Source: a virus (lineage: Duplodnaviria > Heunggongvirae > Uroviricota > Caudoviricetes). Taken from it: a DNA stretch of 16,346 nucleotides. How positions within the stretch are numbered: position 1 is the stretch's first letter; each line of letters starts with the position of its first letter. Shown here in pieces: positions 7,677 through 15,281 of the stretch. The translations under genes and the position numbers were made by a program. The stretch lies in the IMG/VR virus record IMGVR_UViG_2529292829_000006. One strand, 5' to 3'. The notes beneath the pieces were generated by a model. That model was given only the letters and a program-made list of their open reading frames with translations. It was not told the DNA's origin and searched no databases.

Positions 7677-9478
7677 AAAACGCACCGAGTCTAAAATATC
7701 AGCCGAAGGATAAATTCACTGAGGTAATCATTTTTGCCGGGATGGATGCTTACGCCCATGCTCAACACTGGATTGAAAGTGAAGGACGAAAACACGGCGA
7801 TAACGTGCCTCCTGTTTACCTGGGGCCAAAGCAACTGGCAGACCTGGCGAATATCCGCATTATTGACGAGAAACGCCGTTTTGCGCGTGTCTATATCGCG
7901 GGGGAGATAGAGCCAATCCAGATCAATACTATCGCTGAAAAGCTGGCGCTGGCTGGCGTACAGGAGGCGAAATTATACAAAGGTATCACCGACCAGGAAC
8001 CGGAGAACTGGCGCGACTACCTGCAACGGATCCGCGAACAGGCTGAGCACGGGGAAGTTTCAGTGATGAAATTAGCTACAAAAAATAGTGGTCTACCCAA
8101 GCCTGCATTAAATCAGATGGGAGCCAGCCAGAGAGGGGAAGTGTTACTTGAACATTATGGAGGAGCACTGGCGATAAATGATGATTCTGATGTAGTTCAC
8201 CATTACAACGGAATTGTTTGGGAGCCTGTATCTGATAAGGAACTCCAGCGGTCTATGGCGAAGATTTTTATTGATGCCGAAATTAGTTATTCGCAAAACG
8301 CCATTAAATTTGCCGTAGAGACAATGAAATTGAGTCTACCTGTTATGGGGGGAGCGGACAGAAATCTTATTGGGTTCAGTAACGGTGTTTTTGATATCAG
8401 GACAGGAAATTTTCGGGAACACAACAAAAATGACTGGTTGTTAAATGCCAGTGAATTACCGTTCAGCCCGCCAGAAGAGGGGGAAACGCTGGCAACACAT
8501 GCGCCGAATTTCTGGAAGTGGTTGCGTCGTTCGGTGGCGGATAATGCTCGTAAAGCGGATCGCGTACTGGCGGCATTATTCATGGTACTGGCGAACCGGT
8601 ACGACTGGCAGTTATTCCTTGAGGTAACGGGGCCGGGCGGAAGCGGTAAAAGTGTGATGGCGGAGATTTGTACCATGCTGGCGGGTAAGGCCAATACAGT
8701 ATCGGCGAGCATGAAGGCGCTGGAAGACGCGAGGGAACGAGCGTTAGTGGTGGGATATTCTCTGATTATCATGCCTGACATGACCCGCTACGCAGGTGAT
8801 GGTGCTGGGATTAAGGCCATTACAGGCGGTGACAAGGTGGCTATCGATCCGAAACACAAAGCGCCCTATTCCACGCGCGTTCCTGCGGTAGTGCTGGCAG
8901 TAAACAATTATGCCATGTCATTCAGCGACCGTAGTGGGGGGATCTCGCGTCGACGAGTAATATTTAATTTCTCTGAGGTTGTACCAGAGAACGAACGCGA
9001 TCCGATGCTGGCGAAAAAGATAGAAGGGGAACTGGCAGTAGTGATTCGCCATTTGCTTACACGATTTGCCGACCAGGACGAAGCGAAAAGACTACTTTAT
9101 GAGCAGCAAAAATCAGAAGAAGCACTGTTGATAAAGCGTGAAGGTGATTCGCTGGTGGACTTCTGCGGTTATCTGATGTCGTTGGTTAAATGTGAGGGAA
9201 TGATAGTAGGTAATGCAGAAATAGTGCCATTTAGTCCGAGGCGATATCTGTATCATGCTTATTTGGCTTATATGTCTGCGCATGGTCTGGGAAAACCGGT
9301 ATCACTGACACGCTTTGGTACAGATATGCCAGGGGCAATGGCTGAGTACGGAAAGGAGTACAAGCGGGCTAAATGCACTAAAGGTCCAGATAAAGGGCGA
9401 ACGATCACAAATGTTCTGTTAGATAAAGATGCTGATGGATGGTTACCAGCAACGGCAGGCATTAACGACAGAACATGA
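7673..9478 (+). CDS. phage/plasmid primase-helicase, P4-alpha-family C-terminal domain (island replication initiator)
   Basis: 601 aa; motif LIGFSNGVFDIRTGNFREHNKNDWLLNASELPF (D5-N / P4-family primase C-terminal signature) and P-loop LEVTGPGGSGKS; iteron array immediately downstream. Confidence 0.85.
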   Translation: MKNAPSLKYQPKDKFTEVIIFAGMDAYAHAQHWIESEGRKHGDNVPPVYLGPKQLADLANIRIIDEKRRFARVYIAGEIEPIQINTIAEKLALAGVQEAKLYKGITDQEPENWRDYLQRIREQAEHGEVSVMKLATKNSGLPKPALNQMGASQRGEVLLEHYGGALAINDDSDVVHHYNGIVWEPVSDKELQRSMAKIFIDAEISYSQNAIKFAVETMKLSLPVMGGADRNLIGFSNGVFDIRTGNFREHNKNDWLLNASELPFSPPEEGETLATHAPNFWKWLRRSVADNARKADRVLAALFMVLANRYDWQLFLEVTGPGGSGKSVMAEICTMLAGKANTVSASMKALEDARERALVVGYSLIIMPDMTRYAGDGAGIKAITGGDKVAIDPKHKAPYSTRVPAVVLAVNNYAMSFSDRSGGISRRRVIFNFSEVVPENERDPMLAKKIEGELAVVIRHLLTRFADQDEAKRLLYEQQKSEEALLIKREGDSLVDFCGYLMSLVKCEGMIVGNAEIVPFSPRRYLYHAYLAYMSAHGLGKPVSLTRFGTDMPGAMAEYGKEYKRAKCTKGPDKGRTITNVLLDKDADGWLPATAGINDRT

Positions 9479-9510
9479 TACGAAATTTATAAGTTGAAAC
9501 TTAAAAGTAG

Positions 9511-9843
9511 ACGGTTGGTAGACAGATACACTTAACCCTCTACCAACCATCTACTAATTAATGTTTTGAATTATATAGGTATTTTTAATGTGGTAGAGAG
9601 GTGGACAGTTTATTTTATATTTCTAAACCACGGGGGTATCTAAAAATAGATAGTTATGGGTTCATTTTTAAAATTTTTCTTTTAACTATCTACACTGTCT
9701 ACCATTTAGTAAAAGTCATTAATTATCAATGTATTAATACTGTAGAGAGTTGGTAGACAGTTTGCAGATTGTTTTTTTGTTATGTATTAATAACATTAAA
9801 TAAATCAAACAATTATATCGGTAGACAGTTGGTAGACAGTTGT
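9511..9843. repeat. iteron-type replication origin: at least six copies of (T)GGTAGACAG(TT) in both orientations flanking an AT-rich tract
   Basis: Copies near 9517, 9540 (inverted), 9591, 9690 (inverted), 9750, 9820 and 9831; AT-rich core about 9600..9740; located directly 3' of the primase/helicase gene. Confidence 0.6.
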
Positions 9844-9847
9844 AACG

Positions 9848-10390
9848 ATGGGGCAAAGCATGACTAAGCTGACCATTAACAGAAAACCGAAAGGCATTTA
9901 CGGCACGCCGCAGAAAACGACGCAGGCGGCGCAGGAGCAGGATAAAACCACATCGGCGCATAAAGTGATGCCCGGTAACCAGAAAGCGCAGCAAAAGCCC
10001 ACAGGGGCGACACCGTGGCGGCATATGACCAAACGCCAGCGCAAAAACCGCAGGCGCGTTAACCGCCTCACTGAGTTGTGGCCTGACTTATTCAGCCGGG
10101 AAGCACCGAAGCCGCTTAAGGTGGGGATATTCGACGACCTGATGCAGGATCTCGCCGTCAGGGGGCTGGCATTCGGGCCAGGGGCATTGCGTGCGACGCT
10201 GGCATCTTATGCGCAGTGTCCGCACTATTACCGCGCCTTAATGGCTGGTGGGGTACGCTACGACCTGAAAGGCCAGCCGTGCGGCGAGGTGACACCACAG
10301 GAACAACAGGACGCAGAAACGCGGCTGGTGGCGCTGAATGAGAAGCGCAAACGCCAGCGCCGGGCAGCAAAGGAGACAATAGGCGCATGA
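9848..10390 (+). CDS. ProQ/FinO-family RNA-binding protein
   Basis: Segment RRVNRLTELWPDLFSREAPKPLKVGIFDDLMQDL matches the conserved FinO/ProQ domain pattern; an alternative start at the ATG 9860 is possible. Confidence 0.7.
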   Translation: MGQSMTKLTINRKPKGIYGTPQKTTQAAQEQDKTTSAHKVMPGNQKAQQKPTGATPWRHMTKRQRKNRRRVNRLTELWPDLFSREAPKPLKVGIFDDLMQDLAVRGLAFGPGALRATLASYAQCPHYYRALMAGGVRYDLKGQPCGEVTPQEQQDAETRLVALNEKRKRQRRAAKETIGA

Positions 10391-10632
10391 TTCACGACAG
10401 CAAAGCGGAAGCACTGGAAGCGCGTGGTCTGTACCGGAGAGCGGCGGCGCGGTGGGCTGAGGTCATCATGCTGGCGAATGATGACAAGGCACGGGAACAG
10501 GCGGCAAAACGTCGCGCGGAATGTATCCACAAGGCAGCACGCCCACCAGCAAGGCAGGATAATTTCGGGGGAGATGCGCGAAACCATCAGCCGGGCACAT
10601 GCCGGGATGGGATTACATCAGCCCAATGGTGA
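10387..10632 (+). CDS. PerC-family-like small transcriptional activator
   Basis: N-terminus MIHDSKAEALEARGLYRRAAARWAEVI resembles the PerC/Pch family signature (from memory); start overlaps upstream stop (ATGA). Confidence 0.5.
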   Translation: MIHDSKAEALEARGLYRRAAARWAEVIMLANDDKAREQAAKRRAECIHKAARPPARQDNFGGDARNHQPGTCRDGITSAQW

Positions 10633-10809
10633 GGCATTCAGGAAATACCAAAAAAAGAACAATTGTAGTCAGTAACAGAGGATGGGATTCTCTTGGTTTT
10701 TTGTTGATGCTTTCTGAGGAAATCTACTACGTTGCTGAGCAGATGAATATTCAATTGCATCTGGGTTCCTGATAAGATTAATCTGAATATTTTCATTTGG
10801 AATAGGGAT

Positions 10810-11952
10810 ATGAATAAAACTTTAATTGCAACATTAGTCGGTATAGTAATGTTAACCGGATGTGGGCCAGAAGAGTTAACTCCAGAACAGAAACAGGAAG
10901 TAGCGGCTCTTAAAGCTGAACTGTCGCAAACGGAAGGTGAAATATCAGCAGCTAAGGAAGTTGACCAGCAGTTTTCTGGTGGGTTGATAAAAAATCTGAC
11001 AACAGCAAGACTGGAAATATTAGGAACTAATAAAGCGCTTTTGGAACAGCGTATTAATGCTATTGAATCAGGTGCCAAAATTGATGTTGTTGTATCTGGA
11101 GTAAAACCTGATCCTGAGCTTGCGGCTTCAATTAAAACTGAAATTGACAGCTTAGATGCAAAAATCAACGAAGCCAAAGCTGATGCTCGTCAGTATAGTG
11201 GTGGTCTGATAAAGGTACTAAAATTATCTACTGTTGCCACTGAAGAGCAGACCATGGCAATGTTGCAGCAAAAGTACCTCACAGCCAAGTATGGCCTCGC
11301 TGAAGTTAAGCTGGCATCAGTACAAGATAATGACGCAAAAAACAGTACTGAAACGGAAGTAACAGCCAAAAATTCCCAAGGGCAACTTCCTTTACTCCCG
11401 CCAGCGGATGGTCCGTTTGGCTTAGAAGCCGGTCTTACACAGAAAAACATCGAAGATATGATCGGTGCTAAGCTCAAGCCACTACCAGACAGTGTGAATC
11501 TGTATACTTCTGATAAATTACCGAAGCAAAACGCAGATTTTGAAATGTATGGTTTGTTGATCTCCCCGAAAGCTGGTTTATGTCAAATACGGGCTTTAGG
11601 AAAAAATATTGATACTGATAGCTATGGATTGGCTCTTAAATCCAAGTTTGAAGAATTGAGTAATTCTTTAAGTTCTCTGTATGGAAAGGCTGATACTACA
11701 GACTTTTTGCTGGCTGGTTCAATTTGGAAAGATCCTCAGGACTGGATGAGGGGGCTAAACAAAAAAGAACGCTTCTTATCTGCCACATGGAAGGGAACAA
11801 AAGAAATACCATTAAAAAACAATATCGATACTATCTCTATTGAGGCCAGAGCGAACAATTCCACTCAGGGATATGTCTATCTGCAGTACTCATTTACAAA
11901 TGACGAAATTTGTCAGGAAGAAATTGAAGGGGCGAAAAAAAGTTCCCTTTAA
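10810..11952 (+). CDS. lipoprotein (type II signal peptide, lipobox LTGC) with tandem internal repeats; function unknown; AT-rich cargo
   Basis: MNKTLIATLVGIVMLTGC signal/lipobox; two similar ~55-aa segments (QFSGGLIKNLTTARLEILG... and QYSGGLIKVLKLSTVATEE...); SD AGGGA upstream; low GC. Confidence 0.75.
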   Translation: MNKTLIATLVGIVMLTGCGPEELTPEQKQEVAALKAELSQTEGEISAAKEVDQQFSGGLIKNLTTARLEILGTNKALLEQRINAIESGAKIDVVVSGVKPDPELAASIKTEIDSLDAKINEAKADARQYSGGLIKVLKLSTVATEEQTMAMLQQKYLTAKYGLAEVKLASVQDNDAKNSTETEVTAKNSQGQLPLLPPADGPFGLEAGLTQKNIEDMIGAKLKPLPDSVNLYTSDKLPKQNADFEMYGLLISPKAGLCQIRALGKNIDTDSYGLALKSKFEELSNSLSSLYGKADTTDFLLAGSIWKDPQDWMRGLNKKERFLSATWKGTKEIPLKNNIDTISIEARANNSTQGYVYLQYSFTNDEICQEEIEGAKKSSL

Positions 11953-11964
11953 ACAATCCGTGCA

Positions 11965-11992
11965 AAGCCCCTTAGTAAGGGGCTTTTATATA
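11965..11992 (+). terminator. rho-independent terminator (GCCCCT-TAGTA-AGGGGC followed by TTTTATAT)
   Basis: GC-rich hairpin plus T-tract read directly, immediately 3' of the lipoprotein gene. Confidence 0.6.
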
Positions 11993-12016
11993 TTAATGTT
12001 CAACGGGGGGGATTAG

Positions 12017-12340
12017 ATGAAAGATAATCTAGAAAAACTAATTGAAAATACTTTAAAAGATATTCTATTAGCTAATGCTGCTCTAACATTCATTTTTGCA
12101 ATACCAATGGCTATTATCAGTAGGCATGGGATGGGCATCACAATCTGGTTTATAACTGTGCTCATTGCACCTGCTCTGTGTGCAGTAGGTGCATGGCTTG
12201 TATCTCGAACATTCGGCCATGCTGAGGAGTTCTTTCATCGTCGGTGGGCTAAGCGAATCTATGTTTTTTATACTCTTGCGGCTGCCGAGTTTTTGCTTGT
12301 GTACTCAATCGCGCAAATAATGAAAAATCTGATGAAATAA
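12017..12340 (+). CDS. small integral membrane protein (107 aa, about 3 predicted transmembrane helices)
   Basis: Hydrophobic stretches LLANAALTFIFAIPMAII, ITIWFITVLIAPALCAVGAWLV, IYVFYTLAAAEFLLVYSIAQI; GGGGG ribosome-binding site about 8 nt upstream. Confidence 0.65.
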   Translation: MKDNLEKLIENTLKDILLANAALTFIFAIPMAIISRHGMGITIWFITVLIAPALCAVGAWLVSRTFGHAEEFFHRRWAKRIYVFYTLAAAEFLLVYSIAQIMKNLMK

Positions 12341-12529
12341 TTAACAAGTTATTATCATGGGGTTTGTGGCTGTTAACCTGCAGTGAGGCGACAATCGTGT
12401 ATTTATAAAAACTTCCCCTTTTCACTCCCCGCTGTTTCTTCTGCTATTTCCTTTATGTTTGCATGCAGCAACATCTGCCATACCTTTGCAGAAAAATCAG
12501 AGCATTTAGTGCCGAAGGTTGGTTTATTG

Positions 12530-12622
12530 ATGCTTTTTGTTTCATTTATTGCAATTATCGATGGTATTATTTCAATTTGTGCAATAATTGCAATTATTGT
12601 CATTCAGAAGGGATCATCATGA
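12530..12622 (+). CDS. possible 30-aa hydrophobic peptide (MLFVSFIAIIDGIISICAIIAIIVIQKGSS), start-coupled to the downstream gene
   Basis: In-frame ATG within track ORF 12383..12622; GAAGG about 12 nt upstream; stop overlaps the ATG at 12619 (ATGA). Could be a leader peptide or small membrane toxin-like peptide; speculative. Confidence 0.3.
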   Translation: MLFVSFIAIIDGIISICAIIAIIVIQKGSS

Positions 12623-12786
12623 AAAATCACGGAGTAAAGCCAGTTTTACTTTCCCGGGGGCAGATCGAAGCCCTGCAACGTATCCAGGCCGAAAAGCGTC
12701 AGAAATCTGTGCTTGGTGTGGCACCGTCGATTCATGTTATTGCCCGGCAACTGATGGATAAGGCACTTAAAGAGGTGAGGCTGTGA
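12619..12786 (+). CDS. small hypothetical protein (55 aa)
   Basis: ATG at 12619 with AAGGG upstream; MKNHGVKPVLLSRGQIEALQRIQAEKRQKSVLGVAPSIHVIARQLMDKALKEVRL; stop overlaps next start (GTGA). Confidence 0.45.
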   Translation: MKNHGVKPVLLSRGQIEALQRIQAEKRQKSVLGVAPSIHVIARQLMDKALKEVRL

Positions 12787-13055
12787 AATTAAATATCAGA
12801 GTGGATAAACGCCAGCTATGGCAGAAAAAAGAGAACAGCGAGGCATTCAGGGCTTTGCTGGTGGAAAATCTTCGGCACCGGTTCAGTGGAGAGTTGCCTG
12901 ATGCACTGGGGAAGAAACTGGAATCCCTGACGGTGGAAATTGGCGATTATGGCTTTGTTGATGTTGAAAGCACGACTGCCAACACAGAAATCGTAAAGCA
13001 GGTCGTCAATGATGTAATGAAAACCACGCTTAGCCAGCCATCCTGGCGCAACTGA
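12783..13055 (+). CDS. small hypothetical protein (90 aa)
   Basis: GTG start overlapping upstream stop; protein-like composition; weak hairpin (AGGGGC/GCCCCT) downstream at about 13062..13085. Confidence 0.5.
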   Translation: MKLNIRVDKRQLWQKKENSEAFRALLVENLRHRFSGELPDALGKKLESLTVEIGDYGFVDVESTTANTEIVKQVVNDVMKTTLSQPSWRN

Positions 13056-13154
13056 ATCAGTAAGGGGCGGTTATTGCCCCTTTCCTCCATACCCACAACG
13101 CATTCCCTTTTCGCATTAAATTATTTTTTATCGTATATGCATGAGGTGAGCTAC

Positions 13155-13682
13155 ATGTTGATGAGTAAAGCCGAATACGCCAAATACAAAGGCGTAAGCC
13201 GCCAGACAGTTTACGACTGGATCGAGAAAGGCGAAGTGATCATGTCTGGCAAAAAAATTGATGTGGAAGCGACAGAGCAGCGGAACAGCCCACCAGCACA
13301 GGGGAAAGACACCATTTCTGAAATGTGGCCAGAAAGAACGCTGGAAATGACGTGGGGCGAGTTCTGGAAAGCAGTTAAGGCCAGAGGCGGTAAAATTCCT
13401 GCGCCAGCAACGGACGAGGGCATACAGCAGCGTGTGCTGGATGCAGCCGGGGAATTAGGCTGGGAAGTGCACTTTCTTGATGATGGTGCTATCTGCCTTG
13501 AGGATGATGAAGGGCAGCATTACTTTGAAAAATACAATTTGCGAGGTAATGCCAGGCTGGCAATTCGTATGCTGCGTTGCGAACTCTGCTATGTTGCAGG
13601 TGATTATGCCGATGAACTGGAATCATGGAGTGAAGCCGGGCTAAACGCCCTAGCTGAATGGGAAAAATCAGACCATCAATGA
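13155..13682 (+). CDS. HTH DNA-binding protein, terminase-small-subunit-like / packaging-redirection (Rpp-like) candidate
   Basis: N-terminus MLMSKAEYAKYKGVSRQTVYDWIEKGEV is a typical phage TerS/excisionase-type HTH; GAGGTG SD 8 nt upstream of the ATG at 13155 (track ORF begins at 13074); a repeat array follows immediately. Confidence 0.6.
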   Translation: MLMSKAEYAKYKGVSRQTVYDWIEKGEVIMSGKKIDVEATEQRNSPPAQGKDTISEMWPERTLEMTWGEFWKAVKARGGKIPAPATDEGIQQRVLDAAGELGWEVHFLDDGAICLEDDEGQHYFEKYNLRGNARLAIRMLRCELCYVAGDYADELESWSEAGLNALAEWEKSDHQ

Positions 13683-13686
13683 CATC

Positions 13687-13905
13687 AAAAAGTGTCAAGT
13701 TGAGCAGCTTGCCAGGTTGACACTTTACACTCTGAACGCGAAAAAGTGTCAACCTCGCTGTAAGCCGCGCCATTACTGGCCTTTCGCCAGATTTACCACG
13801 TCAAAAAGCCGAAAAAATCGCGAAAAGTGTCAAGTTGCCATGCTTAGAAATGCCAGGGGAGGTTAAGTTTTGTTAAGGTTTTTCCCGAAAAAGTGTCAAG
13901 TGTGT
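13687..13905. repeat. array of AAAGTGTCAA(G/C)YTG repeats including an inverted pair (13689..13726); candidate binding/packaging (cos- or pac-like) site
   Basis: Copies at about 13687, 13717 (inverted), 13742, 13823, 13888 and 13897; read directly from sequence. Confidence 0.55.
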
Positions 13906-14285
13906 CAACCCGCGATATACAGATTTATTAAGGTTTTGAGCCAGAAAGAGTTAACCGCGCCGCTTTAGAAAACTTCAGGCACGCATTTGTGAAAGCATCA
14001 AATGAAGTTCTGTCATACTTTGCAAATCATGCAGATGCATCGTTACTGAGCATTTTAAGTTACAGTTGATGCGGACTGTCCACTTTAACCTTTCAAAACG
14101 TTTCGTAGTAGGTACTAACTAGAATGCCAAGAGTCTTTCAGGTTCCGTGATGTTTAGCGTTGGATTTGATATTAAGTGTTTAAATTCAATGTGTTACATT
14201 GTGTTATAAAGTTTATTGCTAACAACTGTAGGGTAGATGCCAAGCGCACGCTAAGCATGTTATAATCATTTCAACTTTCATAATA

Positions 14286-15281
14286 ATGGATACGAGAGTG
14301 GCGACGATAATCAAAAATATAGCAATCAAAGGTCTTTTTAAACGGAAGGACATTGATTGGAGTTTAAAAGATGTGAATGTTTTAGTGGGTAAAAATGGCT
14401 CAGGTAAGAGCACGATAATTCAAAGTGTTTTTGCCCTCTTAAAACAAGAATTAAATGAAAGTTTAAGTAATGCTGCGTTGGCTCAAATAACATTGGCCAA
14501 TGGAGGCACAATTACTCACAAAGTTAATTTTCGCGAAATTGACTCTGTCCAGCTTCTAAACCTACTTAATAACCTTAAGAAAAACAGTATTAAAGGTAAA
14601 TCAAAGGGTAAGGAAATAAAGGAGTTAAATGAACTTATTGAGTTGCTTGAATCGAAAAAAGAAGACACTGAAATTAAAGAGTTCGGGATGGGAACTGTTA
14701 GCGTAAGTGATAATATTAAAAACACTAAGCGAATAAATGTTGAGTTAATATCAACTATCAATATGAGTGCCAATTCCATCTATGAATTCAAAAAAAGTGA
14801 TGGTGAGCGCACCACAATTCTTGATATGGAAATTGCTGGTGAATTAGAAAGGTTAAAGAATACTTTCAAAGTAAGTGAGTCTAAAGGTATTCTCATAAAG
14901 GATAAGTTGGAATCAGCTATAAATAATTTATTTGCTGAATGTAACAAAGTTGTTTCTTTTAGTAATGGTAACATTTCTATTAAGATGAGTGATTCTGGTG
15001 AAGATATTAGGTATAATCTTCTTTCATCAGGTGAACGTCAGTTGTTATATATTCTGATTAAAACAGCTAATACTTCATTGGATGAATCTGTCTTGTTGAT
15101 GGATGAGCCAGAAATATCCTTGCACCTTACGTGGCAAGAAAGATTAATAAGCACCATCAAATCAATTAACGATAATTGTCAGTTAATTATTGTTACTCAT
15201 AGTCCTGCAATATTAATGAAAGGCTGGATGGATTCTTTCGTAGATATAAAAAATATTTCAAAGGAATCTTCTCATGACTGA
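14286..15281 (+). CDS. ABC-type ATPase (AAA_15/AAA_21-like, OLD/AriA-like), first gene of a candidate anti-phage pair
   Basis: Walker A VGKNGSGKST, ABC signature LSSGERQ, Walker B VLLMDEPE, H-loop IIVTHSP; AT-rich; possible TATAAT at about 14261; an alternative GTG start at 14298 is possible. Confidence 0.85.
   Translation: MDTRVATIIKNIAIKGLFKRKDIDWSLKDVNVLVGKNGSGKSTIIQSVFALLKQELNESLSNAALAQITLANGGTITHKVNFREIDSVQLLNLLNNLKKNSIKGKSKGKEIKELNELIELLESKKEDTEIKEFGMGTVSVSDNIKNTKRINVELISTINMSANSIYEFKKSDGERTTILDMEIAGELERLKNTFKVSESKGILIKDKLESAINNLFAECNKVVSFSNGNISIKMSDSGEDIRYNLLSSGERQLLYILIKTANTSLDESVLLMDEPEISLHLTWQERLISTIKSINDNCQLIIVTHSPAILMKGWMDSFVDIKNISKESSHD

Noticed and set aside
7233-7685. Minus-strand 150-aa ORF across the small-gene chain
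   Set aside because: Overlaps several start/stop-coupled plus-strand genes; composition is not protein-like.
8287-8781. Minus-strand 164-aa ORF inside the primase/helicase gene
   Set aside because: Antisense to a confidently identified CDS; Ser/Ala-rich low-complexity translation.
10424-10675. Alternative-frame plus-strand ORF overlapping the PerC-like gene
   Set aside because: Arg/Gly-rich out-of-frame translation of the GC-rich PerC-like gene; the PerC-like frame has the family-like N-terminus and a coupled start.
10638-11177. Minus-strand 179-aa ORF overlapping the lipoprotein gene
   Set aside because: Antisense to a lipoprotein gene that has a clear signal peptide, ribosome-binding site and terminator; no start context.
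14516-14974. Minus-strand ORFs (14516..14779, 14780..14974) inside the ATPase gene
   Set aside because: Antisense to a CDS with a complete Walker A/B, signature and H-loop motif set; Leu/Ser/Ile-rich AT-driven frames.
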